Part shown: in pieces, positions 52,144 through 64,000 of the stretch
Layout of the letters: every line of letters starts with the position of its first letter
Numbering within the stretch: position 1 is the stretch's first letter
NCBI GenBank assembly: GCA_964016885.1
Contig: OZ024742.1
Span: 364,932,001 to 364,996,000 of the forward strand
Origin: Eledone cirrhosa
Taxonomy: Eukaryota
Length of the DNA: 64,000 bases
Direction: 5' to 3'
Notes under the pieces: generated by a model
What the model saw: only the letters and a program-made list of their open reading frames with translations
What the model was told of the DNA's origin: nothing
Databases searched by the model: none
Position numbers and translations under genes: made by a program

Positions 52144-52983
52144 CGTTTCTGAATTTGTTTAGCAACTTTCTTTATCTGACAACGTGTGTTGAAACCGATA
52201 TTGTTATACTTTGGGAGGGTCATGTTGCCAATAAGAAACACACGCACCAGTTGCTTTCACTTCAATTTATTATAAATTTATAAATTTAGGAATTTATAAA
52301 TTTCCGTTTGGTTGGTTGGTTCCACAACCAGATGGTTGTTTATATATTGTCAAAATTCTTTCGTCACACATTCTGTGACCTCTTCAGTGACTGGGGATTC
52401 TTTTCTTTTTTTTGTGCCTCTCCTTTTTTCTATCCTACGCCATCTTGTTTTTGTGTGTGAAACAAGATGGCGTGTATGTGTGTATGTAGGTGTGTATATT
52501 TGTATGATTATATGTGTGTGTATATGTATATAAATGCATGTGTGTGTGTTTGTGTATTTGTGTGTATGTGTATGTATGGATATGTATGTATATATTTATG
52601 TATGCATATGTATGTATATATGTATGTATATATGTATGAGAGTGTGTGTATGTAATTATTTTTACGTATGTATGTGTACGTGCATTTGTGTGCATTGCTT
52701 ACCACGTGTGTTTGTTCATTTACTTGTTGCCTGTATCGCTGTCGACATTATAACAGTCTTTATATTCATTTGTATGTTTTTTATTATTATATTTTTTCTT
52801 TTATTTATTTGTGTGTGTGAGTATGTAGAGGTGTGTGTATATATTTCTATTTTTGTGGATGCGTATGTATGCGTGTATATATATGTGTGTATGTATGTGT
52901 ATGTATGCACGTGTGTATATACGTATGATTGTGTGTATGTATGTATGTATGTGTATATATATGTATATGTGTATGTATATGTA

Positions 52984-53015
<32 letters not shown>

Positions 53016-53051
53016 CATATATATATTTATATATTTATATATTTATATATT

Positions 53052-53099
<48 letters not shown>

Positions 53100-53246
53100 G
53101 TTGTATATATGTATGTGCATGCATGGATATGTTGATATTATGTGTGTATGTATGTGTGTGTATATGTATGTGTATGTATATATATACACATATATGTGTA
53201 CGTGTGTGTATATATGTGTGCGTGTATGTATGCGTGTATGTATATA

Positions 53247-53331
<85 letters not shown>

Positions 53332-53468
53332 ATGTATATAATTGTGTGTGTGTGTTTGCATGTGTGTTTTTATTTTATTTTTCCCTTCCTTCTTCCTTTT
53401 CCAGCTTCACTTTCATATAGATTATATTTTTGTTTTTAAAATCCAACGTCAATAAATACACCAGGATT

Positions 53469-53529
53469 TTTCCTTTCTGATGATTGAAAGCAAATTTTTT
53501 TGCTTTTAAGAAACCACTGGTAAATGAAA
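53469..53529 (+). ncRNA. Type I hammerhead motif
   Basis: CTGATGA-ttgaaagcaaa ttt tttgcttttaa-GAAAC cactg GTA-aatgaaa. Stem II is 11 bp and stem I is partly eroded. Confidence 0.8.
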
Positions 53530-53554
53530 TAATTGCCTTATGTTGTTTATTACA

Positions 53555-53624
<70 letters not shown>

Positions 53625-54021
53625 CACGCACACACACAACCGAAACCTTTCAGCAGAAAGATTATAGTTAATTGTAGTAACTTCAGTAATATGTTTATGC
53701 GAATATCCGACTTCAAAAGCTTCGCTATATACCATTAATTATTCATTGATATTGTCGTAAAGCGTGACACACACACACGCGCGCGTGCACATACACAGAC
53801 GCACATACACACACACAAACACATATATATATTTATATATGCATGCCCCTATATATATATATATGTGCGTCTGTGTTTGAATATATTCAAACACATATAC
53901 ATGTGTGTACGAATGTGTATAGATTCGCCTTTATATATGTTTTATAAATATATATATATATATATTCAACACGCTCCAGTATTCTAATCCTTATATATAT
54001 ATACCTTTTTCTATACCTTTC

Positions 54022-54085
<64 letters not shown>

Positions 54086-54325
54086 CAGTATTGACGTACA
54101 TGGTTCAAGAACCCACATCTTCGGTTTGACAGCCTAATGAGTTACCACTAGAGCAACACGCCACAGAAATAGCCGTCGAAAGGGCTTGAGCTCTGCCGTC
54201 GAGGTCATACTTTTTCCTATATATATATTTATTTATTTATTTATGTATATGTGTGTGTATATATATATGACCCTCCCAAAGTATAACAATATATATATAT
54301 ATACATATATCTATATATATATATA

Positions 54326-54409
<84 letters not shown>

Positions 54410-55091
54410 TATACTTATTTCATATTTCTTTCTTTCTTCATAAGTTATTCACTACTTCATCGCCGTCTGCATAACATTGAATGTAAAAGGTAACCTGTAG
54501 AGGGCAGAGAAGAACTTCAGTGGTTGAGTCAATCCAGTTACAGATCAGATGTGATTGTGTGTGTGCGTATGTAGGTGTATGTACATATATCTATATATGT
54601 ATGTGCGTATGTATACGTGTATATATGTGCGTATGTATGTGTGTGTATGTAGGTGTGTATATTTTGTATGATTATATGTGTGTATATGTATATATATGCA
54701 TGTGTGTGTGTTTGTGTATTTGTGTGTATGTGTATGTATGGATATGTATTTATATATGTATGTATGCATATGTATGTATATATGTATGTATATATGTATG
54801 AGAGTGTGTGTATGTATTTATTTTTACGTATGCATGTGTACGTGCATTTGGGTGTATTGCTAACCACGTGTGTTTGTTCATCAACTACGATTTTGATTAC
54901 TCTCTGAACTCGATTTCTGTACTCTTATATTCTTTTTCTCCCTTATCTCCCATTATATTTAAACTTTTTCCTATGTTATTTATTTTCCTTATTCACCCCT
55001 ACTTTCTACCTTACCCTTTACATACCCACCTTTTTTCTTTTTTATTTATAGATATTTATTTCTGTGTGTATGTATGTGTTGTATATATGTG

Positions 55092-55202
<111 letters not shown>

Positions 55203-55425
55203 GTGTGTATATAATTATATATATCTGTATGCATGATTACATACATAGTGATTTAATCTTTATTTTCATTGATTATTTGCTCTAGGAACTTGTTGAGTGC
55301 TCTAAATCAGCTATAAACATTTATACCTTTTCTATTCATTTATTTATTTATTATTTGTCGTATTCCCAACTATTTGTTTACCCCTTCCACCTTTTTTTTA
55401 TATATATAATATTTATGTATTTTCT

Positions 55426-55479
<54 letters not shown>

Positions 55480-55506
55480 TGTAATAAACAACGTAAGGCA
55501 ATTATA

Positions 55507-55564
55507 TCATTTACCAGTGGTTTCTTAAAAGCAAAAAAAATGTTACTTTCAATCATCAGAATGA
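55507..55564 (-). ncRNA. Type I hammerhead motif (sister of 53469)
   Basis: Reverse complement reads tcatt-CTGATGA-ttgaaag...cttttaa-GAAAC cactg GTA-aatga. Confidence 0.82.
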
Positions 55565-56089
55565 AAAAATCCTGGTGTATTTATTGGCGTTGGATTTTAA
55601 AAACAAAAATATAATCTATATGAAAGTGGGGCTGGAAAAGGAAGAAGGAAAGGAAAAATAAAAAAATACATGCAAACACAAATATATACATAGACATAGA
55701 TATATACATGGTGGCTGCCAACTCGTTTTCGAGTACGGCCACTACTTTATATCCATGTAGGAGAACCCCTACCGATGCGCTGAACGAGTGTGACTTTTTA
55801 GTCCAGCCAGCGACTTGAAAACTCTGGTACAAACACTACACTTGTGACAATTATTGACACATAGTGCTTTGCCTTTGGTACCATGTGATGACAAGTGCAG
55901 AGAGATCTCCAGATATATACATACACACATACATACACACACATATATACACACACACACACACACATATATATGTGTATATATATCCATAAACATACAC
56001 ATACACATACATACATAAATATCAACATATCCATACATACACATACATACAAATACACAAACGTGCATAGACACACACACACATATACA

Positions 56090-56127
<38 letters not shown>

Positions 56128-56702
56128 AACATATATATACATACATACATACACACACATAGATATATATACACACGCCCACATATCTATATATATACAT
56201 ACACATACATATACATACATACACGCAATACTACGTATATACATACGTACATATATACACACATATATACACGTATACATACGCATGCACAAATATAGAA
56301 ATATATGCACACACCTACATACTCACACACACAAATAAATATAAGAAAAAATATATAATAATAAAAAAAAATGAATATAAAGACTATTATAATGTTGACA
56401 GCGATACAGGCAACAAATAAATGAACAAACACACGTGGTAAGCAATACACACAAATGCACGTACACATACATACGTAAAAATAAATACACATACTCTCAC
56501 ACATAAATATACATATACAAATACATAAACACATAGATACGCATACACATATGCATACACACACACATATACATATATACACACACATACATATATACAT
56601 ATAAAGGAACGATCGACTTTCGTCAAATCGGACCGAGGGAACAATGTTTGCGTTGGTCTTTCCAATTGCTAATACTATCTATCGGTCGCAACTCCAGGTA
56701 GA

Positions 56703-56822
56703 AGGAGCAACGTGAAATACAGTGTCTTGCTCAAGGACATAACGCATCGCCTGGTCCAGGAATCGAACTCACAACCTTACGATTGCGAATCCAATTCTCT
56801 AACCACTCAGCCACACGCCTTC
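56703..56822 (-). mobile_element. tRNA-derived SINE head and core
   Basis: Reverse complement reads gaaggcgtgtggctgagtggttaga..gagttcgattcc..tccttgagcaagacact. Confidence 0.85.
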
Positions 56823-57042
56823 ACATATATATATATATATACACATACATACACATATACACATACATATACATACATATCACAAACACATACATACAAA
56901 TACAAACACACATATATATGTGTGTGTAAAACTCATTCTTAGATAATTCATATGAACCTTGTTTAACTCCAAAATATATATATATATATAAATTAATAAA
57001 ATAATGAATAAACAAAGAAACAGTTCCTTATATTAAAAAAAT

Positions 57043-57186
57043 TCATCATTTTACGATCGTTTCTAGGATATATATGTGTATTAGAGTTGGTATGCATATT
57101 CTAAAGATCTATGTACAATATTTATACAAACTATCAGAGGGAAAATACATACCTACACATATATATGCTGTCTTCAGAAATAATGA
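57043..57186 (-). ncRNA. Type I hammerhead motif with very long stem II insert
   Basis: Reverse complement reads tcattattt-CTGAAGA-cagcatatatatgtgt...acacatatatatccta-GAAAC gatc GTA-aaatgatga. Stem I is 9 bp and stem III is the palindrome ACGATCGT. Confidence 0.8.
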
Positions 57187-57767
57187 TATTTGTTTATTGA
57201 AAAAAACAAAGATTCAATACAATGGGTCTGTTTGGGAACAGGTTTTGAATTGACCAATAGAGAGATAGTGAGGGTCAAGATAGTAATATAGTAGTAGAAG
57301 AACCTTAAATTATGGGTAGAGGAAGGTAGATTTCAGTTTTGGATGGAAAATAATATTATGAATGAAGGATTATTTTAGGGAAGAAATAGGTCTTATGCTG
57401 ACCTCAGAAATAATTTTATTTGTTCATTGAATAAAACCAACAAAGATCTAATATATTCTGTCTGTTTGGTAAGAGGTTTAGAAATTAATATATAAACTAT
57501 TTTTAATTTAGTTAACCTATAATTAATATTCTACTACTGATGAACTACATAATTTTGCTTTCCTTCTTACAACTATCATTTCCTAAAACTGATACCATTA
57601 AGTAAATATATATAATGCTTTAACTTCAGGTTATGACTCTATGTTCCTTGAAAACTATATATATTTATTATTTCTCAGTAATAAATTTAATTCCCCCCCC
57701 CAATAATTATATGTCTATGTAAGTGTGTATGTGTGTATATATATATATGTATGTATGTATATATGCA

Positions 57768-57822
<55 letters not shown>

Positions 57823-58549
57823 ATATATATATATATGTGTGTATATGTGTGTGTATGTGTATATATATGTATATATATATATATATAAGTATATATATAT
57901 ATTATTTTTATATTGTTTAATTTCCCCTCATTTTAACAGCACTTTTCAACTGCATGTAACTCTTATTTATCATATCTATATGTATTAGTATAATTTTATC
58001 AATATAAATATACCCATCAATTAAATTAATTTATATTCTTTTCATAGATGTATTTTTTTCACTAACATTCTTATCGTAAAACTTTAGTCACCTTAGATAT
58101 TTGTATTGGCATTACTATTTTATAACAGCAACTGCTTGTATACCTTTTACTGACCACCTGACCTATTTTCACCCCTAAAATAAGCTTCAATCACTACTAT
58201 TTTACCATTTGGCCAATTATTAAATTTCTATTGGTTAATTCTAAACCTATTTCTATTGGTTAATTACCAAACAGACAGAATATATTAGATCTTTGTTGGT
58301 TTTATTCAATGAACAAATAAAATTATTTCTGAGGTCAGCATAAGACCTATTTCTTCCCTAAAATAATCCTTCATTCATAATATTCTTTTCCATCCAAAAC
58401 TGAAATCTACCTTCCTCTACCCTTAATTTAAGGTTCTTCTACTACTATATTACTATCTTGACCCTCACTATCTCTCTATTGGTCAATTCAAAACCTGTTC
58501 CCAAACAGACCCATTGTATTGAATCTTTGTTTTTTTCAATAAACAAATA

Positions 58550-58693
58550 TCATTATTTCTGAACACAGCATATATATGTGTAGGTATGTATATTCCCTCT
58601 GATAGTGTGTATAAATATTGTACATAGATCTTTAGAATATGCATACCAACTCTAACACACATATATATCCTAGAAACGATCGTAAAATGATGA
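58550..58693 (+). ncRNA. Sister hammerhead with G8>C core change
   Basis: Same as 57043-57186 but the core reads CTGAACA. Confidence 0.65.
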
Positions 58694-58880
58694 ATTTTTT
58701 TTAATATAATGAACTGTTTCTTTGTTTATTCATTATTTTATTAATTTATCTTGACTCTGTTTTCCGTTTATTTTTCACCGAAAGTAGTTTTTGAATGCAT
58801 CTTCTCTTTTCATGATATCCGGATTACATTGAGTTCTTCATACGGATTGGACACTACCGTAAACTTTTGGTAGATTTATC

Positions 58881-58940
<60 letters not shown>

Positions 58941-59070
58941 TGTATATATAAACATATATTTTCACAAGTATGTGAGATTGTATGTTGTCGACCTTAACCA
59001 GTGTTACTCTATGGTTATGAGAGACAAAATAATCGAAATAATTAAATTGACACAATATCAGAGTTATGTA

Positions 59071-59243
59071 AAATATTATAAAAAGGAATAATAGATACAA
59101 TATACCTATTTTTTCTGGCTTACCTCACAACAATGTTACATATCTATGATATAACATTTTTGCATAGTGACCAGCGAAACTGTACAGTCGGGACTAAAGA
59201 AAAAATAGGTATATTGCATCTATTATTCCTTTTTATAATATTT
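59071..59243. mobile_element. Small fold-back element with a half-hammerhead in the loop
   Basis: Arms of 46 bp at 59071-59116 and 59198-59243. The loop has ctgg..ccagc-GAAAC tgtaca GTC. Confidence 0.75.
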
Positions 59244-59375
59244 AATATATATATATATACACACATATACACATACATACATACACACATACACATATAT
59301 ACCTACACACACATATATACATACACATATGTATGCATACATACACACACACACACACACATATATATAACTATA

Positions 59376-59413
<38 letters not shown>

Positions 59414-59677
59414 TATATATATACATATATATATATAAAAAAAGGATCGATCGACTTTCATCAAATCGGACCGAGGAAACAATGTTTCCGTTGGTCTTTC
59501 CAGTTGCTAGTACTATCTATCGGTCGCAACTCCAGGTAGAAGGAGCAACGTGAAATAAATATATATATATTTATCTCATATATATATATATATATATATA
59601 TATGAGAAAGAACAAATATTATGTATATATGAAAAAACCTATATATTGTATATATAAAAAAATATATTGTATATATA

Positions 59678-59896
59678 AAAATAAAAATAAAAATAAAAAT
59701 AAAAATAAAAATAAAAATAAAAATAAAATTAAAAATAAAAATAAAAATAAAAATAAAAATAAAAACAAAAATAAAAACAAAAATAAAAATAAAAATAAAA
59801 ATAAAAATAAAAATAAAAATAAAATTAAAAATAAAAATAAAAATAAAAATAAAAATAAAAATAAAAATAAAAATAAAAATAAAAATAAAAATAAAA
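59678..59896 (+). repeat. (AAAAAT)n hexamer microsatellite
   Basis: Direct reading. Confidence 0.97.
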
Positions 59897-60052
59897 AGTT
59901 GGGAATACGACAAATAATAAATAAAAAAATATATATTTAGAAAAGGGTATAAATGTTTATAGCAGATTTAGAGCACTCAACAATTCCTGGAGCAAAAGAT
60001 CAATGAAAATGAGCATTAAATTACTGTATGTAATTATGCATATACATACACC

Positions 60053-60094
<42 letters not shown>

Positions 60095-60433
60095 TATATA
60101 TACATATATATATACACACACACACACAGAAAAAAACACAACCACAGAAATACACACACACATACAATTACGTATATATATATATATAAATATATACGCA
60201 CACATAGGAAAAAGTCTGACCCCGCGGCAGAGCTCAAGCCGTTTCTGCGGCTGGGGTCGATAAAATAAAGTACCAGTAATGCACTGGATGATTGCTGGCC
60301 TTGTGCCTAAAGTAGAAACAATTATATATATACACACAAAACCATTATATAAAAAAAAATACATATACACGCACAAATATACACACACACATTACATCTA
60401 TATATACACACATACACACATACACATATATAC

Positions 60434-60592
<159 letters not shown>

Positions 60593-60730
60593 CACACACA
60601 CGCCAAATACAACAGAAATATATAATATACGATTATATATACATATACATATACATACAGATAGATATAAACATACATACACACACATATATACATACAC
60701 ATATACATATACACACACAAATACATACAC

Positions 60731-60817
<87 letters not shown>

Positions 60818-61205
60818 GTAAGGTATAGAAAACATTGTAGCGAGGCGAGAAGCCAATAGTATTACATAGTATATAAGTGACTATAGCGTCAAAATGGGAA
60901 AAATAATTCAAACTCATCTCAAAGAGAGCCAGGATATAGATTTTTCCAACAGAATTTAGTGAAATCCAGGGAAAAATCAATAGAGCCTTAACTCATGATA
61001 AAATAAAGTCTAAAATACTCATCCTTCAATTTGGAAAAACTTCAAATGCTCTGTATAGTCTTATAGACTATTTCACAAAAACTTTCAGTGGAGATGGTCA
61101 CGGTTGGAATTCGATCCTCAGCAGAGCTCAACTCGATAACCGAGATTCTCACAGATTAATATGCCAAAAAGGGAATTTAAAACAGGCTAGTTTTATATAT
61201 AGTTT

Positions 61206-61257
<52 letters not shown>

Positions 61258-62084
61258 GGCATACGTTAAGAAGGGTGTTCGTGAAAGTGAAAGTAAATTT
61301 TCTGACAATTGAATTTGTTTGTTTTGTTTTTTAAAATGAAAGTTACGATACACACGCAATTGTATGGATTTCTTAAAATATATATATATGTGTGGGTGTG
61401 TATATGTGTGTATATATGTGTGTACACTGTGAATTTGTTTGTTTATTTACAACAGGTCTCTATAGTGATATGGTGTTAATTAGTATTGCGTGTGTGATTA
61501 TTTTTTCTTTTTCTTTTTTTGTGTATTGTGTGTACGTAAATTTTTTTTTAAAATAATGACACTGTGTGTTTTTAAATAGCAAGATATTACAAAAACATCT
61601 AAACGATGATGATGACACAAACACATATATATATACAAACACACATATATATATATACATACAGACACACATATATACACACATATACACACACACACAT
61701 ATATATATAAGAAAAAATAATCACACACGCAATACTAATTAACACCATATCACTATAGAGACCTGTTGTAAATAAACAAACAAATTCAGTGTACACACAT
61801 ATATACACACATATACACACCCACACATATATATTTTAAGAAATCTATACAATTGCGTGTGTATCGTAACTTTTACTGTAAAAAAAAAAAAAAAATTCAC
61901 TTGTCAGAAAATTTACTTTCACATTCACGAACGCCATTCTTAACGTATGCCTATATATATATATATATACATATACACATATACATACATATACGCAACA
62001 CACGTTGTTTATTACATAACTATTAGGCTCTGTTACCTACATAGAGCACTCTTTTTTCCTGGACTTTTCCGACGGAATTACTTC

Positions 62085-62087
<3 letters not shown>
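61258..62087. mobile_element. Fold-back element with family tail, no intact hammerhead seen
   Basis: Arms of ~245 bp at 61258-61507 and 61713-61951. The tail at 62003-62085 matches the tails at 49822-49912 and 45485-45585 (reverse complement). Confidence 0.8.
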
Positions 62088-62132
<45 letters not shown>

Positions 62133-62151
62133 AGGAGGTGAGTTTTATTGT

Positions 62152-63054
62152 AGTACGAGCAGTAAAGCCCGGCGTTGCTCGGGGTCGCTCAGTAGCTGTG
62201 TTAAAGTTACAATGTTAAGTTTCTTTCTTGGCTTAAAAACTGTAGTGTCTACTGTGCAGACTTGCATGTGGTGTTTTTGATTAATATTCCCTCAACCAAC
62301 AATATGCCTTATGAAGTTAAGAAAACATAACGATAACCCCAATGTTATAACAAAAGAGGATGCTGGGGATAGAAACTGCACTGGTTATTTATTAACAAAG
62401 ATCGAAAATGTAAACACTGCAACGCAGAGAAAAACATTAGCGTAACCAAATTATCAGTTATGTCTGTCTGCACGCCTATATCACCTCTCTGCACGACTGT
62501 CTGTCTGCACGCCTATATCACCTCTCTGCACGACTGTCTGTCTGCACGCCTATATCACCTCTCTGCACGACTGTCTGTCTGCACGCGTATATCACCTCTC
62601 TGCACGACTGTCTGTCTGCACGCCTAACGACGAAATATTTGCTTGTTTTACGTAGTCTTTAAATAGACTTGTTTTCAAGTAAAAATATTGTTTTAAAATG
62701 CTTTTAAATGGAAATGAAGCAAAACGGAAGCTTAGTGTTCGAACTGATGAATTTTGCAGGTCAATATTTTGCTGGCTCGACAACTGTTAAAGCCAGCGTA
62801 ATTTTTTACGTAAGACGCTCAATGTAAACAGAACAAAGGGAAATAACTGATAACTTACGCTCAAAAATCGATACATTATATTCGATTTCGTCACATAGGG
62901 TGGGTCAATTTGAAATTTTTTTTTTCCGATGTCTTCGCTAGGGCTCAATGTACAAGTATAACAATTTCGGTGCTATTCCGTGAGAGATTCTAAGAGGAGA
63001 TGTGTGCCAAAAATCGATAGACAGACAGACAACCACAGTTTTATATATATAGAT
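62152..63054 (+). mobile_element. Non-autonomous Helentron-like element with internal minisatellite
   Basis: Terminal hairpin cccggcgttgctcggg, and the other end is (AGAC)n..ttttatatatatagat. A 37-bp unit is repeated ~4.5 times at 62461-62626. Confidence 0.62.
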
Positions 63055-63114
63055 AATAAAGCAATGCAGATATCGGATAAGTAGCACTCTACAATTTGTA
63101 GGACTGGAGTATAA

Positions 63115-63300
<186 letters not shown>

Positions 63301-63339
63301 ATATATGTGAATATATATATGTATGTATACATATTTATA

Positions 63340-63406
<67 letters not shown>

Positions 63407-63773
63407 ATATATTTATATGTATGTATGTGTAAATGTGTGTATTGCTTACCACGTGTGTTTGTTTATATATTTGTGTCCTTTCCTGTATCGCTGTCAACTT
63501 TATAATAATTTTTATTTTTATTTTCTTAAGTCGTATATTTTTTATTTTTTATTTTTATTTTGATGTGACGGCCTTTTGCATCATATGGTTGTCCATTGTT
63601 TTTTATTTTTATTTTTATTATTATTATTATTTTTTCTTATAAATAATTGTGTGTGCGCGTATGTAGGTGTGTGTACATATATCTATATATGTGTGTGCGT
63701 ATGTATGCGTGTATATATGTGTGTATGTATGTGTGTGTATGTACGTGTGTATATATATGATTATATGTGTGTG

Positions 63774-63806
<33 letters not shown>

Positions 63807-64000
63807 TCATGTGTGTTTGTGTATGTGTGTGTATGTGTATGTATGGATATGTATGTATATATGTATGTATATATATATATATATGGGAGAGATGACCCCT
63901 TAGCCTTTGTCAAGGCAGAATTCTAGGAGAAGGAAAACTCTGATATAACACCTGCAACTCTGATGGTATCCAATGATGTTGAGTTGTTCTTCTTTTTGGT

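Larger units (their letters stand above)
56988..58883. mobile_element. Large fold-back hammerhead element
   Basis: Arms of ~485 bp at 56988-57472 and 58264-58749, followed by a ~130-bp tail and (TA)n. Confidence 0.87.

Noticed and set aside
52534-53439. 301-aa ORF and the many similar YI/CV/HT/ER-rich ORFs
   Set aside because: These are translations of dinucleotide microsatellites that lack stop codons by composition.
57537-57560. Isolated CTGATGA/CTGACGA hits (also 62745 and 20334)
   Set aside because: There is no stem II/GAAA or stem I pairing, and such hits are expected by chance.

Overview
This is AT-rich, microsatellite-saturated animal DNA. The SINE types and (TA)n/(CA)n load resemble an octopus-like cephalopod, which is my inference. 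No host protein-coding exon is recognisable, and most ORF-track entries are microsatellite artefacts. Recognisable content: three large R4/Dong-type RT+REL LINE copies plus fragments, a near-intact RTE-clade LINE with three C-terminal C2H2 fingers, two L1/Tx1-type fragments, a Penelope-like GIY-YIG fragment between inverted repeats, tRNA-derived SINEs, Helentron-like non-autonomous elements and a 5.7-kb 56-bp satellite with a 1619-bp internal duplication. The most striking signal is a dense set of non-coding fold-back (inverted-repeat) elements sitting in (TA)n tracts. Many carry type I hammerhead ribozyme motifs (stem I-CUGANGA-stem II-GAAA-short or palindromic stem III-NUH), and many share a GAGYRCTC motif in the tail. 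About 14 complete or near-complete hammerhead motifs from several sequence families were read by eye, which suggests a diverse retrozyme or mini-Penelope system. An HDV-like ribozyme fold is also likely at the 5' end of one Dong LINE. All folds and coordinates were read manually and are not computed.
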